Positions 50,990 to 64,000 of a DNA stretch of 64,000 nt are shown in pieces; position 1 is the stretch's first letter, and each line of letters begins with the position of its first letter. The notes under the pieces were generated by a model, which saw only the letters and a list, made by a program, of their open reading frames with translations, was not told the DNA's origin and searched no databases. Both the position numbers and the translations under genes were made by a program. Source of the stretch: Mobula hypostoma (lineage: Eukaryota); assembly GCF_963921235.1 (NCBI RefSeq), contig NC_086097.1, positions 189,784,001-189,848,000 of the forward strand. Direction: 5' to 3'.

Positions 50990-52150
50990 CCTACCAACTG
51001 ACTTCGCTATCACCAGAAACCAGATACTGGATACTGGGTGAAATACTTGACAAATCTACTCGAACTTTTGTGGATGCAACTAGCACAGATGAACACTACG
51101 TCTGAATGCTCTGCATGTGGATTCTCAGAAGACGTTTAGTATAGTCCCATAGGAGATCAGCTTGCAATATTAAAAGCAATTGGGACTGGGTGGATGGCAG
51201 AGAGGTGGTGGTGGTTAAGGTACTGATGCAGACAGGAAGAATTGAAATAACGGTCTTTTTCCGAGGGGCAGGCAGTGATTTATGGACTACTACAGGGATC
51301 AATGCTGGAATCCCGGCTACTAGATTTTCTCATCTGATATGTCCAACTGTGCAAATGACAAAAAGTGGAGCAGATGTGAGGAAGATGTAGAGAAGGTCCA
51401 GGCTGGGTGGGTGAGTGGGCATATGCAGGATAGTATGAATGAATTCAAAATTATCCACTTTAGGTGGCAAACTATCTGAAAGGCAGAAGATTAAGAATGA
51501 TGGAGATGTGACAGGTCTCCATGCCCTTGTATTACCATTTGCTGAAAGCACGTGTAGCAGGCAGTTAAAATGCATGTTCCACTTCAAAATGAGAAGATTT
51601 GAACCAGAGCAGGGGCATCTGCCTGCAATCATACAAGGTCCAGTGAGTCTTATAGTAAGTATTGCATGTACTTCTGCAGTGTGATCCCAAGTGCTCTGTG
51701 CATTTCTTCAGAGGCAGGATATTCTTGCAATGGAGGCAGAGCAGGAAAGTTTCACTGGAATGATTCCTGGGATGGCAGAACTAACAGGAAATTAGGTCAG
51801 AAAGCCCTATATTCATTAGGTATTAGAAGAATGGGAACAGATTTTATATTAGATGAATACTTCTAACAGATCAAATGCAGGAAGGATGTTCTTGACCACA
51901 GAAAGGACCGTGGTCAATGAATGCAGAACCACAGTCACGGTCTAAGAATAAAGGGAATGTCATCCAAGATTCAGCAGAAGAAAACATTATTTTTTCAGGG
52001 AGTGTAAATGCATTGAATTGTGCACCACAGAAAGCAGATGAAGCCAAACACTTAAATATATTCAGAAAGCATAAGATATAGTTTTATGGGCTAAAATGAA
52101 AAGCATGTGGAGAAAGCAGGAACAGGCTTTTGAATTTGGATGTTTAGCCA
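50990..52150 (+). mobile_element. Old, highly degenerate CR1
   Basis: Residual RT motifs: ACAGGGATCAATGCTGG (PQGSVLG-like), GCAAATGACAAAAAG (ADDTK-like) and CACAGTCACGGTCTAAGAATAAAGGG. Confidence 0.6.
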
Positions 52151-52179
52151 TGGTGCCATGTTTCTATGACTCACAGTAG

Positions 52180-52495
52180 GTAAAACAGCCAGCATAATCA
52201 AAGATCCCACCCAGCCTGGACTTTTTCTCTTCTCCCCCCTCCTTTCAAGCAGAAGATACAATAAGCTGAAAGCATGTACCATGAAGCTCAAGGTCGTTTC
52301 TATCCCAGTAATCTACCAAGTTGTGACCTTACTGACTACCTACACTGCATGTTCCCTGTACTGTAACATTTTATTCTGCAGTTATTATACTTGCACTACT
52401 TTAATGCACTCTGATAATGAATTGATAAATTTGACCAAGACATGTTTTTTTCCCTCTATCTCAGTACCTGTGTCAATAGTAAACCAATTATATTA
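52180..52495 (+). mobile_element. Rex1 3' fragment
   Basis: KTASIIKDPTQPG...SSRRYNKLKA followed by a Rex1-type 3' UTR. Confidence 0.7.
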
Positions 52496-52706
52496 AATTT
52501 AATGACTTTGAAGCATGACTATTACACCACACTTGGGTCACTCACATACAATGGAAATATCATGAACTACAGTCACAGTAGGAATAGTTTTGCTTACAGG
52601 ACAGCAGTCTGAACTTCCAGATCAGCTGGCAAACTCTGTTTAATTGTTGGGTGCATGGATTGCCCAATGGTATTGGCCACCATTTTCACAGAGGAAAGGA
52701 ATGGGC

Positions 52707-53525
52707 CATAACATAGAAAACATACAGCACAATACAGGCCCTTCGGCCAACAAAGCTGTGCCGAACATGTCCCTACCTTAGAACTACCTAGGGTTACCCA
52801 TAGCCCTCTATTTTTCTAAGCTCCACAGTCATCCAGGAGTCTCTTAAAAGACCCTATCGATTCCGCCTCCACCACCATCACCGGCAGCCCATTCCATGCA
52901 CTCACCACTCTCTGCGTAAAAAACTTATCCCTGACATCTCTGTACCTGTTTCCAAGCACCTTAAAACTGTGCCCTCTCGTGCAAGCCATTTCAGCCCTGG
53001 GAAAAGGCCTCTGACTATCCACATGATCAGTGCCTCTCATTATCTTGTACACCCCTGTCAGGTCACCTCTCATCCTCCGTCGCTCCAAAGAGAAAAGGCC
53101 GAGTTCACGCAACCTATTCTCATAAGGCATGCTTCCCAATCCAGGCAATATCCTTGTAAATCTCCTCTGCACCCTTTCTATGGTTTCCACGTCCTTCCTA
53201 TAGTGCGACAACCAGAAATGAGCACAGTACTCCAAGTGGGGTCTGACCAGGGTCCTATATAGCTGCAACATTACCTCTTGGCTCTTAAACTCAATCCCAC
53301 GATTGATGAAGGCCAATGCACCGTATGCCTTCTTAATCACAGAGTCAACCTGCGTAGCAGCTTTGAGTGTCCTATGGACATGGACCCCAAGATCCTTCTG
53401 ATCCTCCACACTGCCAAGAGTCCTACCATTAATGCTATATTCTGCCATCATACTTGACCTACCAAAATGAACCATCTCGCACTTATCTGGGTTGAACTCC
53501 ATCTGCCACTTCTCAGCCCAGTTTT
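52707..53525 (-). mobile_element. CR1 3' fragment, closely related to the 1968-5262 copy
   Basis: 228-aa ORF MEFNPDKCEMVHFGRS...LVRPHLEYCAHFW...RGHSFKV; the 3' UTR is similar to 5150-5260. Confidence 0.92.
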
Positions 53526-55639
53526 GGTGTTAAACATGTGCAACGAATGTCATAGTTCTTTGTTTTTGGTGGTCCAGTTAAAGTCTTTATCCACGCCTCA
53601 GGAGAGGTCTGGAGGATGTCAGCCTCTAGACTTGATATCCTTGTCCTCGTTCTGACTAAAGACCAATGTATGTTTATGTGCACACATCCACCTGAATACC
53701 ACCCTCTAGTTATATGTCATCTCAGTGCCTGAGATGGTGGCAGGGCATGAAATTGAGTGACAGGGTTTCTTCATTGTTCTTTCCTCCTCACTATTTGCTC
53801 CATTCCTTGCTAGGCCACACATTTTGGGTATTTTAAAGAAGGTCGTGGTTTTGGTGTGGATTACAATATCTGGGGCTCTGGGGGATTGGACTCATAAGGG
53901 ATATTCTTTATCTGTAGTCTGAATCCTGTAAATCAGAAAGCTTTGAAGTATGACACGAGGCACAAGCATAACATAATCTTTGTTAGTTTTAAGCGTGTCA
54001 AGGCAATTCCAACATTGACTAAGATAGCATTGTCCATAGAGATTAGAACATGCAAAATGCCCATTCTATCTCCAGTTCATTCCTGCTGCCTGTGGCTTGA
54101 CTTCACTTCCCTTTTCAATGAAGGGAAACGTGTGTCAGTGAATGCTGCGAAATTTGCATGGGTGATTTGGAAGCTTCCAATAGATTTATGTAAAGCGTGA
54201 GCATGAGATATGAATGACTATCGGGCCAACTGTATGCTTCTGTGGCAATGTGGGGTATGGGTCTCGAATGATTACTGATCGGTGCTGTGATGAATTGAGC
54301 AGTGATGCAGTTGTTAGGGAATGCCACATTCCTTGACCACTGGTGTGAAATCATTGAACTTGAGGCATTTCATCCAAGTCCTTTGGTCATTGAGCTACAC
54401 AGCCGTCTGCTCTCATTGTTATGGAAGGCCGCATTGCACCATTCCGATCCAGTGCTTTACTCACCCTCCTGACAATCGGCTAACACAAATGTGGCTTAAG
54501 TGCTGTTAGTGGTCTCAAAGACTGAGAAACAAATTACTGCTGCAGAGAAGTGTTGGGCACGGACAGCTCACTGCTCATTCTGGTGGGCCAGACAAGAATG
54601 CACCACAGCTCATATACAGCTTTGAGATGCAGGCTGGCGTTATCTCTATTAAGTCACTGATGATATTGCCCCCCTGCTGATGAGCCTGGATAACATCCTC
54701 AGAACATCCAAGCCATCCAACTGAATAAGCAGCATGAGGGTGCTTTCATTACCATCAATGGAGACAGACTAATTATCCATCTCACTCTCTGAGGCTACTG
54801 GAGTTATCCTCAAGCACTAGACTAGACTTCTGCTGTACTTAAAAAAGGGACAAGATTTAATTTTGTAGCCTCCCAAACCTTATCTCAATGGTTATCACTC
54901 ATCATTTTAAAACAAAAATCTGGAGGCATTAAAATTCACATTTTAAAGCTCAAAAATAGTGTATGCATAATAATTGTAATTGAGTACTGTATTACAATTC
55001 TTTAGTCTCAATTATTGAATAATCTCAGGTGTATAACAATATAGGCACTATACTACATGTATTAAAAGGTAAATAATTCAGCAACAAATGCCAATAGTTA
55101 ATACGAAATATATCTTCAAGAATCAGTTCGCTACCAAAAGTGTTTTTGTCAGAATGATAATGTACCGTTTATAAGAACCCAGTATATAATAAGCTATAGA
55201 GGTATATCATATTATATTATATAGATAAACATCATTTGAGACCTTCAGGACAAGTATGTAATAAAAAGGCTTTTCATTCTCTGTAAAACACAAAATATTT
55301 TTCTTGTTTGTAATCCATCAGAAACACCTGAAACTGTGCATTCATTTTCTTTCCCTCTGTCTAAAAGATTAGATGCCTGCCGACAAAAGTTACCAGACTA
55401 ATGGATGAAATATGCTCTAAATGCTGTCATCCTGCGGTCTCGTTCAATGGAATGATGGCATTGCTGCTGTATTTGTTTCAGGGCAATTTGTATCAAAGTG
55501 TGAAAACTGCCCGTTTACCCAAGAGGTGTTACATTAACTTTTGTATTTATCTCAGTGGAAAACATTCCGTTGCAGATAGATTTCGCCTCACTATTATGTT
55601 AAACTGATTGAACTTCCACTTAGATGACTTTCATCCTCT

Positions 55640-56720
55640 GTAAGTAAAGGAAGTTTGGGGATGACTGTTGTTTCGATTCGAACATAATTCTTCAATGAAA
55701 CCCCGTGCCCGTGTGCTCTTGGCAGCTGAAGGGCATATCGTACATTTTCACGTTTCATTCATTCCAAAAGACTTCGCTGTTGCAATGTTTACATTAAGAA
55801 AAAAATCAACCCTACTTTCCAACGTTTCGATGGCAGCACGAAGCTCACACCGAAACTCGCAAAGACGTATGTTACACCGATGTTAATCACGATGCCCATG
55901 TTTTAATTCTGAACTTAATGAAAGCAAGTTTCCTGGCGACAAGTAATGAAAGTTCTGACAGATACTTCTGTACACTTACTCAGGCGAATGAAACGGAAAA
56001 AAAGAATATTTCTTTTCGATGTAAGAAACGGAACTCTTAACTACTATAAAAAAAATCTAGCCTGATAATTACTTTATTTGCGCAGTTGGCTCATATCTTG
56101 ATTTGTCCACATGTAATTTAAGCAAACATTTGATTGCAGACCAGCTGCGTTCACTAATGTCTACATGTACTTAATCGCATTGTTTCAGCGCCAATACTTA
56201 CATCTCTGATTGCGGCGCTTGCTCTTTACCATACTCATTCTATGCGAGTCCAGGTTTCTTCAGTAATAATCACACTCCAGGACAATGAATGAAAATGCTT
56301 GTGCTTCTTTTCGGGGAGCCAGTACAGTAATTGCACTCACTGACAGAAAGTAGCCAGTCATCAAACAGCAGCAGCCTGGGTGATACCATTTATCTGGGGA
56401 GTAAGCATTGATGTTCTGCAGCCTTCCTCGCCATTTATCCCAAAGACAGAATTCTGCCTAATTCTAGTTCAAAGCAACAAAAAAAGTTCCAAAAGAACAA
56501 ATAAAACAGAAGACGAATCTGCGTCGTATTGTTTAGGTTTTCACAAAAACATAAACCCAAATGTTACACCGTCGCCCTGCCAAATGTTTCTTCTTGGAAC
56601 AGCTTTTCGCACCATTCTAAATGATGTTTCAGAAAGAGTTCATTACTTAATACAATTTATGAGCAATTTTACTGAGCACAGATCTGGTCGTGTCATCAAC
56701 GGTTAATGCATTCGGAATCA
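55640..56720. promoter_or_regulatory. CpG-retaining unique region (candidate unmethylated promoter or regulatory domain)
   Basis: Roughly 25-30 CpG counted by eye in 55620-56330, against only a handful in 60.3-61.9 kb. No transposon motifs recognised. Confidence 0.45.
56202..56238 (-). CDS. Candidate first coding segment of an unidentified host gene (MSMVKSKRRNQR, phase-1 intron)
   Basis: Two in-frame ATGs (AGAATGA, AGTATGG) followed by the donor GAT|GTAAGT at 56201. A T-rich acceptor (...TTTTTTTGTTGCTTTGAACTAG) lies upstream at 56464. No homology recognised. Confidence 0.3.
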
Positions 56721-57224
56721 GATGATGCATTCTATCTTAAATGCAGGTTAACTCCGGAGCCAAGGTGAGGTGGACTGATTATATCCAGGCTCATTTACAA
56801 ATACCCAGGATTGATTCCCTGATGGAGAAGCACCTGTTTTAATCCAGGAGAGAAAAGATGCATCATGTGAACAGACTCTTCAGCAGTTTCACGCAACAAG
56901 CTAAAATGACGTTAATCTTCTGTTGTGTTGTCACTTCTAGTGGGATGTATGTTGGAGATGTCATCACTTGACTACCTCCACTCTAGCCTCTCAACACAAT
57001 TATCCTTTGCTTTCTCAGGTCACCTGTAAATTACCCATCTGGATTATTCTTCTCTGTCAGCCTGTTGCCGATCTCCTCCACACCTGCCACCACCAAAAAA
57101 GCATTATAAACAATGAAGACACCTGAGATCAATTAATGGAGCTCCCAAGTCAAACCAAGAGCAGTGGGAATCCTAAATGTTCACCCCTTATCTCTATAAG
57201 GAGGTACCATCAATTCCCATCTCT

Positions 57225-57900
57225 TGCAGGAAGAGATGATGTCTATTGTTTGTGCTGGATTTGGTTGCACATTAATTATTATCGCACATGCCCATTATTT
57301 GCTCAGAACATTGGAATAAAAGCAACATAACTGTCTGAGAGAAGTAATTTCTCCGCACAATGTTAGATGAGTAACACCCTGTTCTTAAACTATGTCCCCT
57401 AGTTGTAGATGACTATTACAAAGGATCATTTTCTCAGCATCCACTTTGTCAATACCATCAGAACTCAATGTTTCAATTGGATCACCTTTCTTTCATTCAT
57501 AATTCAAAGAGTGAAACAGGCACCTTGTTTCTTCATGCATCATCCGCTTTATGCCACAAATCAAATCAGTTAACTTCCCCTGGTCTGCATTCCATTACAA
57601 CTAGCGTATATCCTTGCTTAAATATGAAGTTCAATACTGTGTGAAATATTCGAGGTATGCTCTCACTAGTGCTGGTAATGCTGCATCAAAGCTCTCCAAA
57701 CATTATAGCCCATAGCTCTTCAAATAAAAGCTAATATTCCATTAGACTTTCTAACCAATTTTTTATGCTTTCTATGCCAAGTCTTGCAAGATTTTGTACT
57801 GCCACCTCACTTTAATAATAATTAATATTTTTTCCTTCCAAGGTGGATAACCTCACAATTTACCACATTATATTCCACTTAACAACTTCATGGTCACTAA
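57225..57900 (-). mobile_element. Old CR1 3' fragment
   Basis: Decayed reverse motifs CTGTTCTTAAACTATGTCCCCTAGTT, ATTCGAGGTATGCTCTCACTAG and CCAAGGTGGATAACCTCACA. Confidence 0.6.
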
Positions 57901-57964
57901 CATAACTTATTTCCTGTCTTTCTGTCCTTGAGCCAATCTCCCAACCCACACACCTTTCTCTCTG

Positions 57965-58145
57965 TGTTCAAAGTTCAAAGCTCAAGGTACATTTATTATC
58001 AAAGTGTGTATATATTATACAACCTTGAGATTTGTCTCCTTACTGGAAGCCAAGAAACAAAGAAACCCTAAAGAATCCATATTAAATAAACTGTCAAACA
58101 CCCAATGTGCAGAGAGAAAAAAACACATCATGCAAGCAAACAGCG
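57965..58145 (-). mobile_element. Rex1 3' UTR and tail
   Basis: (GTTCAAA)n tail followed by TTTATTATCAAAG, like the other Rex1 ends in this window. Confidence 0.6.

Positions 58146-58146
<1 letters not shown>

Positions 58147-58188
<42 letters not shown>
58147..58188. repeat. (TG)21 microsatellite
   Basis: Perfect dinucleotide run. Confidence 0.97.
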
Positions 58189-58192
<4 letters not shown>

Positions 58193-59259
58193 CGTAGACA
58201 CTGGGTTTGATTTCAGTTGGGGGTAGGGTGGCAGAGTGCAGTGGAGGCAGAGATCTGAATGTACTGTGTGCCAATAGTTATGAGGTTACCATCACTATTG
58301 GCAGTGCTAATTTTTGGCCACACAAATTTGTCAGCTTTACATGCTGTAGCCAATATTCAAACATTATTTCTTATTATGGATTTCTTCTTGTACAGATGTC
58401 TAACCAATTAAACAGAAGCAAATTCAGATGATCAGAAATGCCATCCTTTTATCTCACATTTCAAGCAGCTGTTTTTGTTTTTCTCTCTGATATTTAAAAA
58501 ATTCATTCCCATCTCCAATTTTCAACTCCTTCAGAGATACTATTTTAGCCAACACTGCCACCACTTGTGTCATTTTATATCTCTGGATCAGCTCCTATCA
58601 CAGGCCTTCTCTCATCTCCCTCAATTTAAAATGTACAGTATATGTATTCCCTAATATTTTCCCAGTTCTCATAAGAAGTCATCAAAATGAAATCGTAACT
58701 CTGTATCTTGTTCCACAGATTCTTTCAGAACAGCACTTGCCGTGCTTTCTAATTCTATTTTGCATTCCCAGCATTTGCACAAGACAACGTACTTCATCCA
58801 AAATATCTATATCAATGAAACGTTTATGTATTAATAGTTCATATCATTTTGGGAGGTGGTTTCAAGTAATATGAGTGATTTTGCAAGTTTACATATCTTA
58901 TCTGGATCAACAGCCTGACTGCAGAACATGGAAGGCATCTGGTCTCAGCTAAATCAATGGAAATAACATGTCGAGTAAAGGTGATTAGTTACCTCTAAAG
59001 GGAAAACAATCAAATATTGAAGTGGCTAATCTGTTGTATTCTTGCATGCTTGTTGGTAGCAGGCTAGAAAACAACATAATTAGTTGATGGGAAATAATTT
59101 TGCAACCATTTTGTCTTCAATCAGAGATAGTTGGTTCCTGTGCTGCACACTAAAGTGGAGAAACTAAATTAAGAAAACATAATTTCACAAATATTAAATA
59201 TTGATATAGTATCATTCGATGGAAGCACATTTTAATATTGAACGACACGGGACAGGATA

Positions 59260-60190
59260 GTATCAGAGTTGAAATTGGTTTATTATTGTCACATGCACCA
59301 AGATAGAGTGAAAAGCTTAACTTGCATACTGTTGATACAGATCACATCATTACACAGTATAATACATTAGAGCAAGCTAAAACAACAACAACACAGAATC
59401 AAGTGGAACAACTGCAGAGGAAGTGCAGTGCAGGTAAACAATAAGGTGCAAGATCATAATGAGGTAGATTGTAAGGTCAAGAGTACAATTTATTGTATTA
59501 TCATTGGGGTCTCTCTTCCACCCATCAGAGATATTTATCAGGAGCGCTGCATATCCAGGGCCCTTATCATTGTCAACGATCCAACAATCTCTTTCTATGG
59601 TGCATTGATAAAAATTGGTGAGAGTCAATAGGGATATGCTGAATTTCTTTAGCCTTCAGAGGAACTAGAGGCATTGGTGAGCTCTCTTAGCTGTGACATC
59701 TACATTGTTAGACCAGGATAGACTATTGGTGATGTTCACTCCAAGGAACTTGAAGCTCTTGCCTCAACACCATTAATGCAGATAGGAGTGTATGCACTGG
59801 ACCCTTTCCTAAATTCAATGACCAACCCTTTTGTTCTGCTGACACCAAGGGAAAGATTATAGTCATGATATCATGTTACTAAGCTCTCTATTGCCTCCCT
59901 GTACTCTGACTTATTATTTAAGATACAGCCCACTACAGTGGTTTCATCTGAAAGATGCAGATGGAGTCAGAACAGAATCTGCCCACACAGGCATGAGTGT
60001 ACAGCGAGTAGAATGGGGGTTGATGCTGCAACCTTGTGGAGAACAAGTGCTTATAATAATCATTGCAGAGGTGTTGCTGCTTGTTCTTACAGATTGCGGT
60101 CTGTTGGCTGGGAGATCAACAATCCAGTTGCAGAGGGAAGTGTTGACTCCCAGGTCTCAGAGCTTGGTGATGAGTTGGAGTTTGCCTGTA
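59260..60190 (-). mobile_element. Rex1/Babar fragment with a short internal inverted piece (about 59495-59585)
   Basis: Minus strand reads LTNFYQCTIER plus RT remnants (reverse of STCSPQGC and LQLDC). The plus-strand piece reads IIGVSLPPIRDIYQERCISRALIIVNDP. Confidence 0.75.
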
Positions 60191-62324
60191 ATTATCATAC
60201 TGAAGGAGGAATTGTAGTCAGCCAACAACAATATGACTTTGGTGTTTTTTTTAATTCTTAATTGAACTAATAAAGTGGCTCTTGAACTGATCATGCCTAT
60301 CACAACATTCTGAAAAAGATAGTATTTCCACTCACCTCACTTGCTTGAAAATTTCTCTAATTTATAATTGTATAAAATTATATGAATATGATCATTTCAG
60401 CCATTCAAGGATCTCACATTAGAGAGGACATTGGGCCCATAGTTCCTGTCCTGGTCCTTTAACTGAGGAATGAAACCAAGAAGTACACTCTTGCATTTTG
60501 ACTGTAACTCGTCATTCCTCATTCTCATCAGGAAGTGATTCTTCTGATTGTTTAACTTTAATTGTAAATTGATTGTATACTATTCTTTCTATGTGAATAT
60601 TCAATTTTCACTTAGAACTTGTTGCAGTTCTCCTAATTTGTATTTAAATAGATGTTTCTCCATTACTATTCATTTACAAGCAAATTACGAAAGCTACATT
60701 TTAACAATTCAGGGTAAAAGATTTGAATTCCCCAATGAGTTCAGGTTTTGCTGCAACTTTAAATCCATTTGTAATGAACTGGTACTAATAGTCTAAATTG
60801 TTGAATATAGTAGGACCTGAATCAAATGTATATTGATGTAATGACTTAAATAATAATTAATCATTATCAATATGTTAAGTGCCAGAAATTCTACAAATGA
60901 TTTTAATGTAGTCTTAATGGAGCCTGTGAGATGAAGCAGAGATACACAACACTAATTAGCAATTTTATAGTTTATTAGGTAATTTCACTGTTATTATCCT
61001 ATAGCACATAAAGAGAACTGGGGAGGAGGAATAGAATTTTCTAACATGCAACTGTAACAACTCTTTCAAATGTTCATTATGACATCAGGTTGATTTGCAC
61101 AAAAAACATAGGACAATATGCTATAAGAGTAATGGCATACTCTTGTGAAAAGAGCTTTATGATTAGCAAACTACAAATTAGCAAATAAACTATGCAAATA
61201 AAAATGAAACATAGTTTTCTACCAAAAGAAAACAATCTACATAAATACAGTGGGAATATTTTTTTAGATCTCTAACAGCAACACTATAATTTCTACAGAG
61301 GAAGCAGCACATAAACTATGCTTATGGCAATTATACCCAGTGCCCATGCCACATAGAAATTGTCACATTTTTCTTGACTAGTCACAGCTCAAGGTAATTA
61401 TCACGGTAATTGAGCTGAAACTAAATGCTGACATGAGCTGTGACAATGCATAGATTATGATTTAGTTTGCAAAACGCTCAAGGGAATTTGAATGAAAAAA
61501 ATTGAAAGCATTTTGCTAAATCTTAACAGTTTCTACTTGAAGGACTTGCAGCTCATGATGCTCATGCCTTCATAGGGAAACAAAATGTTTCTTTCACAGA
61601 GCTAAATATCCCGATATTTAGCTCTTCATCTGACACATTAATCAGGGTAGGAACAATACAGTCTTTCATAAACTATGTTCCTTAGAAGAAAAGTGTTATT
61701 ACATTACATAGTGACAAGGGTGAGTATGAATAGAAATCATTTCTGTTCCATAATTTTGATCAAAGTAACCTTTGTTGTATATTACAATGATAATTAGACA
61801 TGGTATCAACTGTAATTGTTGTTATTTCAACTTGAACTAAAAAGGTGCACCATGGCAACTCACTGCAAGGTTGCATAATGAGGACAAAGACATCAGGAGT
61901 AATTAAAACCCTTCAAATAAATTAAATTGCTAAATTAAGCAAACATGACCAACTACAAAAGCTAGTGGAAATGGGGAACAAAAAACTGGCATGACTCTAC
62001 ATTCCTTCCTCCAACTAGGCGTGTTGTTGTTGGTCAATAAATGTCCTTCCGGTTGCCAAGACAAGGATTCATTGACTGTTTATGAATACCAAGCATGGAA
62101 ATGACTTTTTAGTGAGATGAAGCATTATTCAAGGATTTTGTTTCTTTTTCTGACTGTACAGGACCAATGATATGCATTAGTATATCTACTATATTTAAGA
62201 CTCTGTACAAAGACAACTTGAGGAACTTTGGCTCAGTGTTAATGAGCAGGCATCAGAAGTTGAGACACCATTGCACATCAGGAAGGGGTGGAGTCACCTG
62301 GGCATTTGGCTCCAAGAGAGTCAT

Positions 62325-62390
62325 AGTCACACTTTTCCAAACCCCCTTGACTGATCAGTTCTAGTCAAGGGGGTTTGGAAAAGTGTGACT
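62325..62390. repeat. Perfect inverted repeat: 28-bp arms, 10-nt spacer
   Basis: AGTCACACTTTTCCAAACCCCCTTGACT - GATCAGTTCT - AGTCAAGGGGGTTTGGAAAAGTGTGACT. Confidence 0.97.
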
Positions 62391-62639
62391 GTCAGTGAGA
62401 CATGTATGAGGATCCATTAGGTAGCATTAGAGGAGCCTGAACTATTGCAGTTGTCCTAGGCATTGATAAAGAAAAGGAATACAGAAAAAGAGAAGGTGAA
62501 AGGTTATTATGAGACTGAGACAGGAGGAAATACTGTATATGAGTGAGAGAATAATGAGGAGTGTGGAAAAGCATCCACAGAGATTCACTAAGTCTATTTA
62601 AAAATGATGTGTAGAAGAAATATATAAAATTGGTGCAGT

Positions 62640-63740
62640 TGTAGAACATTCAAGCCCCCTGAGTTTCCTTCGCCATTCAATGGGAATGGGGAGAATAGTT
62701 GTATGATATAGATTAGTTGGATATTGATCAATAAGGAAGGTAGAATTTTAATCCTGGTATCTATGAGGTGATGCATTTTGGGAAGACAAGTCAGTTTACC
62801 CAACCCTGGGAATGGTAGGACCAAAGGGACTATTGAGGAATAGAAGGTCCTTAGTGGACAAATTCAAGGATCCTGAAGGTGCTAGTAGAGATAAATAGTG
62901 GTGATGGAGGTAGTTGAGATGCTTGCCTTCATTGGCTGGGACATAGAATATAAGAACAAGAAGGCTACGATTCAACTTTATTAAATATTAGCTTGGCCAC
63001 AACTAAAATATTGTGTGCTGCTCCTGTCAACCACACTATAGAAACTACATGGTTGCACTAGGGTGGGTGTGCAGGAGATTCACTGGGATGTTGACTGGGA
63101 TGAGGAGAGAATGAATGGTCTGTTTATCTCAGAGCAGTGGGGCCAAGTGGCTCTGATGCAGGTGCCCAAAATTATGGATAGGTAGATAGGTAGGTACTTC
63201 ATTGATCCCAAAGGAAATTACAGTGTTACAGTAGCATTATAAGTGCACTGATATAAATATTAGAAGAGAAGTAGAAAGAATGAAAATGTTACCACAAACA
63301 ATCTAACAAGAGGGGTCATCACTTCCCTGGTTATAGGTTGACTCTTTATAGTGCCTAATGGCTGAGGGTAAGAATGACCTCATATAACGATCTTTGGAGC
63401 AGTTTAGTTGTCTCAGTCTATTACTAAAGTGCTCCTCTGTTCAGCCAAGGTGGCATGCAGAGGGTGAGAAACATTGTCCAGAATTGCCAGGATTTTCCAT
63501 AGAGTCCTTTGTTCTTTCCACAGCCTCCAGTGTGTCCAGTTTGACTCCTATAACAAAGCTGGCCTTTCTAATCAGTTTAGTGAGCCAGTTTATGAGGGAT
63601 AATAACGGGATGGATATAGGTAAAATGTATCACCATAGAAGAGGGATGTATAATCTAGAGAGCATCAGGGCTAAGCAATTCAGAGGAGATCACTGGATTT
63701 TTTTTTGTCCAGACGGTGGTTGGAATCTGAAATGGACCAG
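62640..63740 (+). mobile_element. Old CR1 3' region interrupted by a minus-strand Rex1 end (about 63180-63590)
   Basis: CR1 remnants GAGGTGATGCATTTTGGG, GCTTGCCTTCATTGGCTGGGACATAGAATATAAG and GCCACAACTAAAATATTGTGTG. The Rex1-type tail (AGGT/AGAT)n is followed by ATTGATCCCAAAGGAAATTACAGTG. Confidence 0.6.
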
Positions 63741-64000
63741 CTCATAGTCCACTCAGATATTCTCACAATATTTACCTGAGCACTTGCATCACCAATGTGT
63801 GGTAGACTACAGAGAGAGAGTGCTGGGGTAGGTGTTTGATGATTGCTGCAGGATGACTGGCATTTCTCTGTGTTGTCTGATTTCATGGCTCTCCCTCTGC
63901 TCTCCAGTATTTGTCCATTCTCTCCCTAAATCCTGAAATTTAACACCCCCTCTTAAAACAATACTGAACTACTTGATCTCTGCAGTTGTTTTCAACAACA

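Overview
Repeat-dense eukaryotic (vertebrate) genomic DNA. The mix of CR1, Rex1/Babar and L1 LINEs, Penelope-like elements (PLEs) and Tigger and hAT DNA transposons suggests a cartilaginous fish such as a ray or shark; this is inferred from repeat content only. Nearly all long ORFs are degenerate retrotransposon ORF1 (zinc finger/SGNH esterase) or ORF2 (APE/RT) fragments, and no host gene could be identified by homology. Resolved structures: (i) a five-level nested stack at 9.4-14.3 kb (PLE > CR1 > Tigger > hAT > CR1, plus a Rex1); (ii) a twin-primed 5'-inverted L1 at 17.5-25.1 kb with a 15-bp TSD, itself invaded by a PLE, a CR1 and a second L1; (iii) PLE terminal repeats carrying a minimal type I hammerhead ribozyme, with an intact core at 47135-47172; (iv) a solo LTR with a 5-bp TSD; (v) a near full-length CR1 with promoter and splice motifs in its 5' UTR; (vi) a CpG-retaining unique region at about 55.6-56.7 kb with a candidate minus-strand start-codon exon; (vii) a perfect 28-bp-arm hairpin at 62325-62390. 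Boundaries without a stated TSD are approximate.
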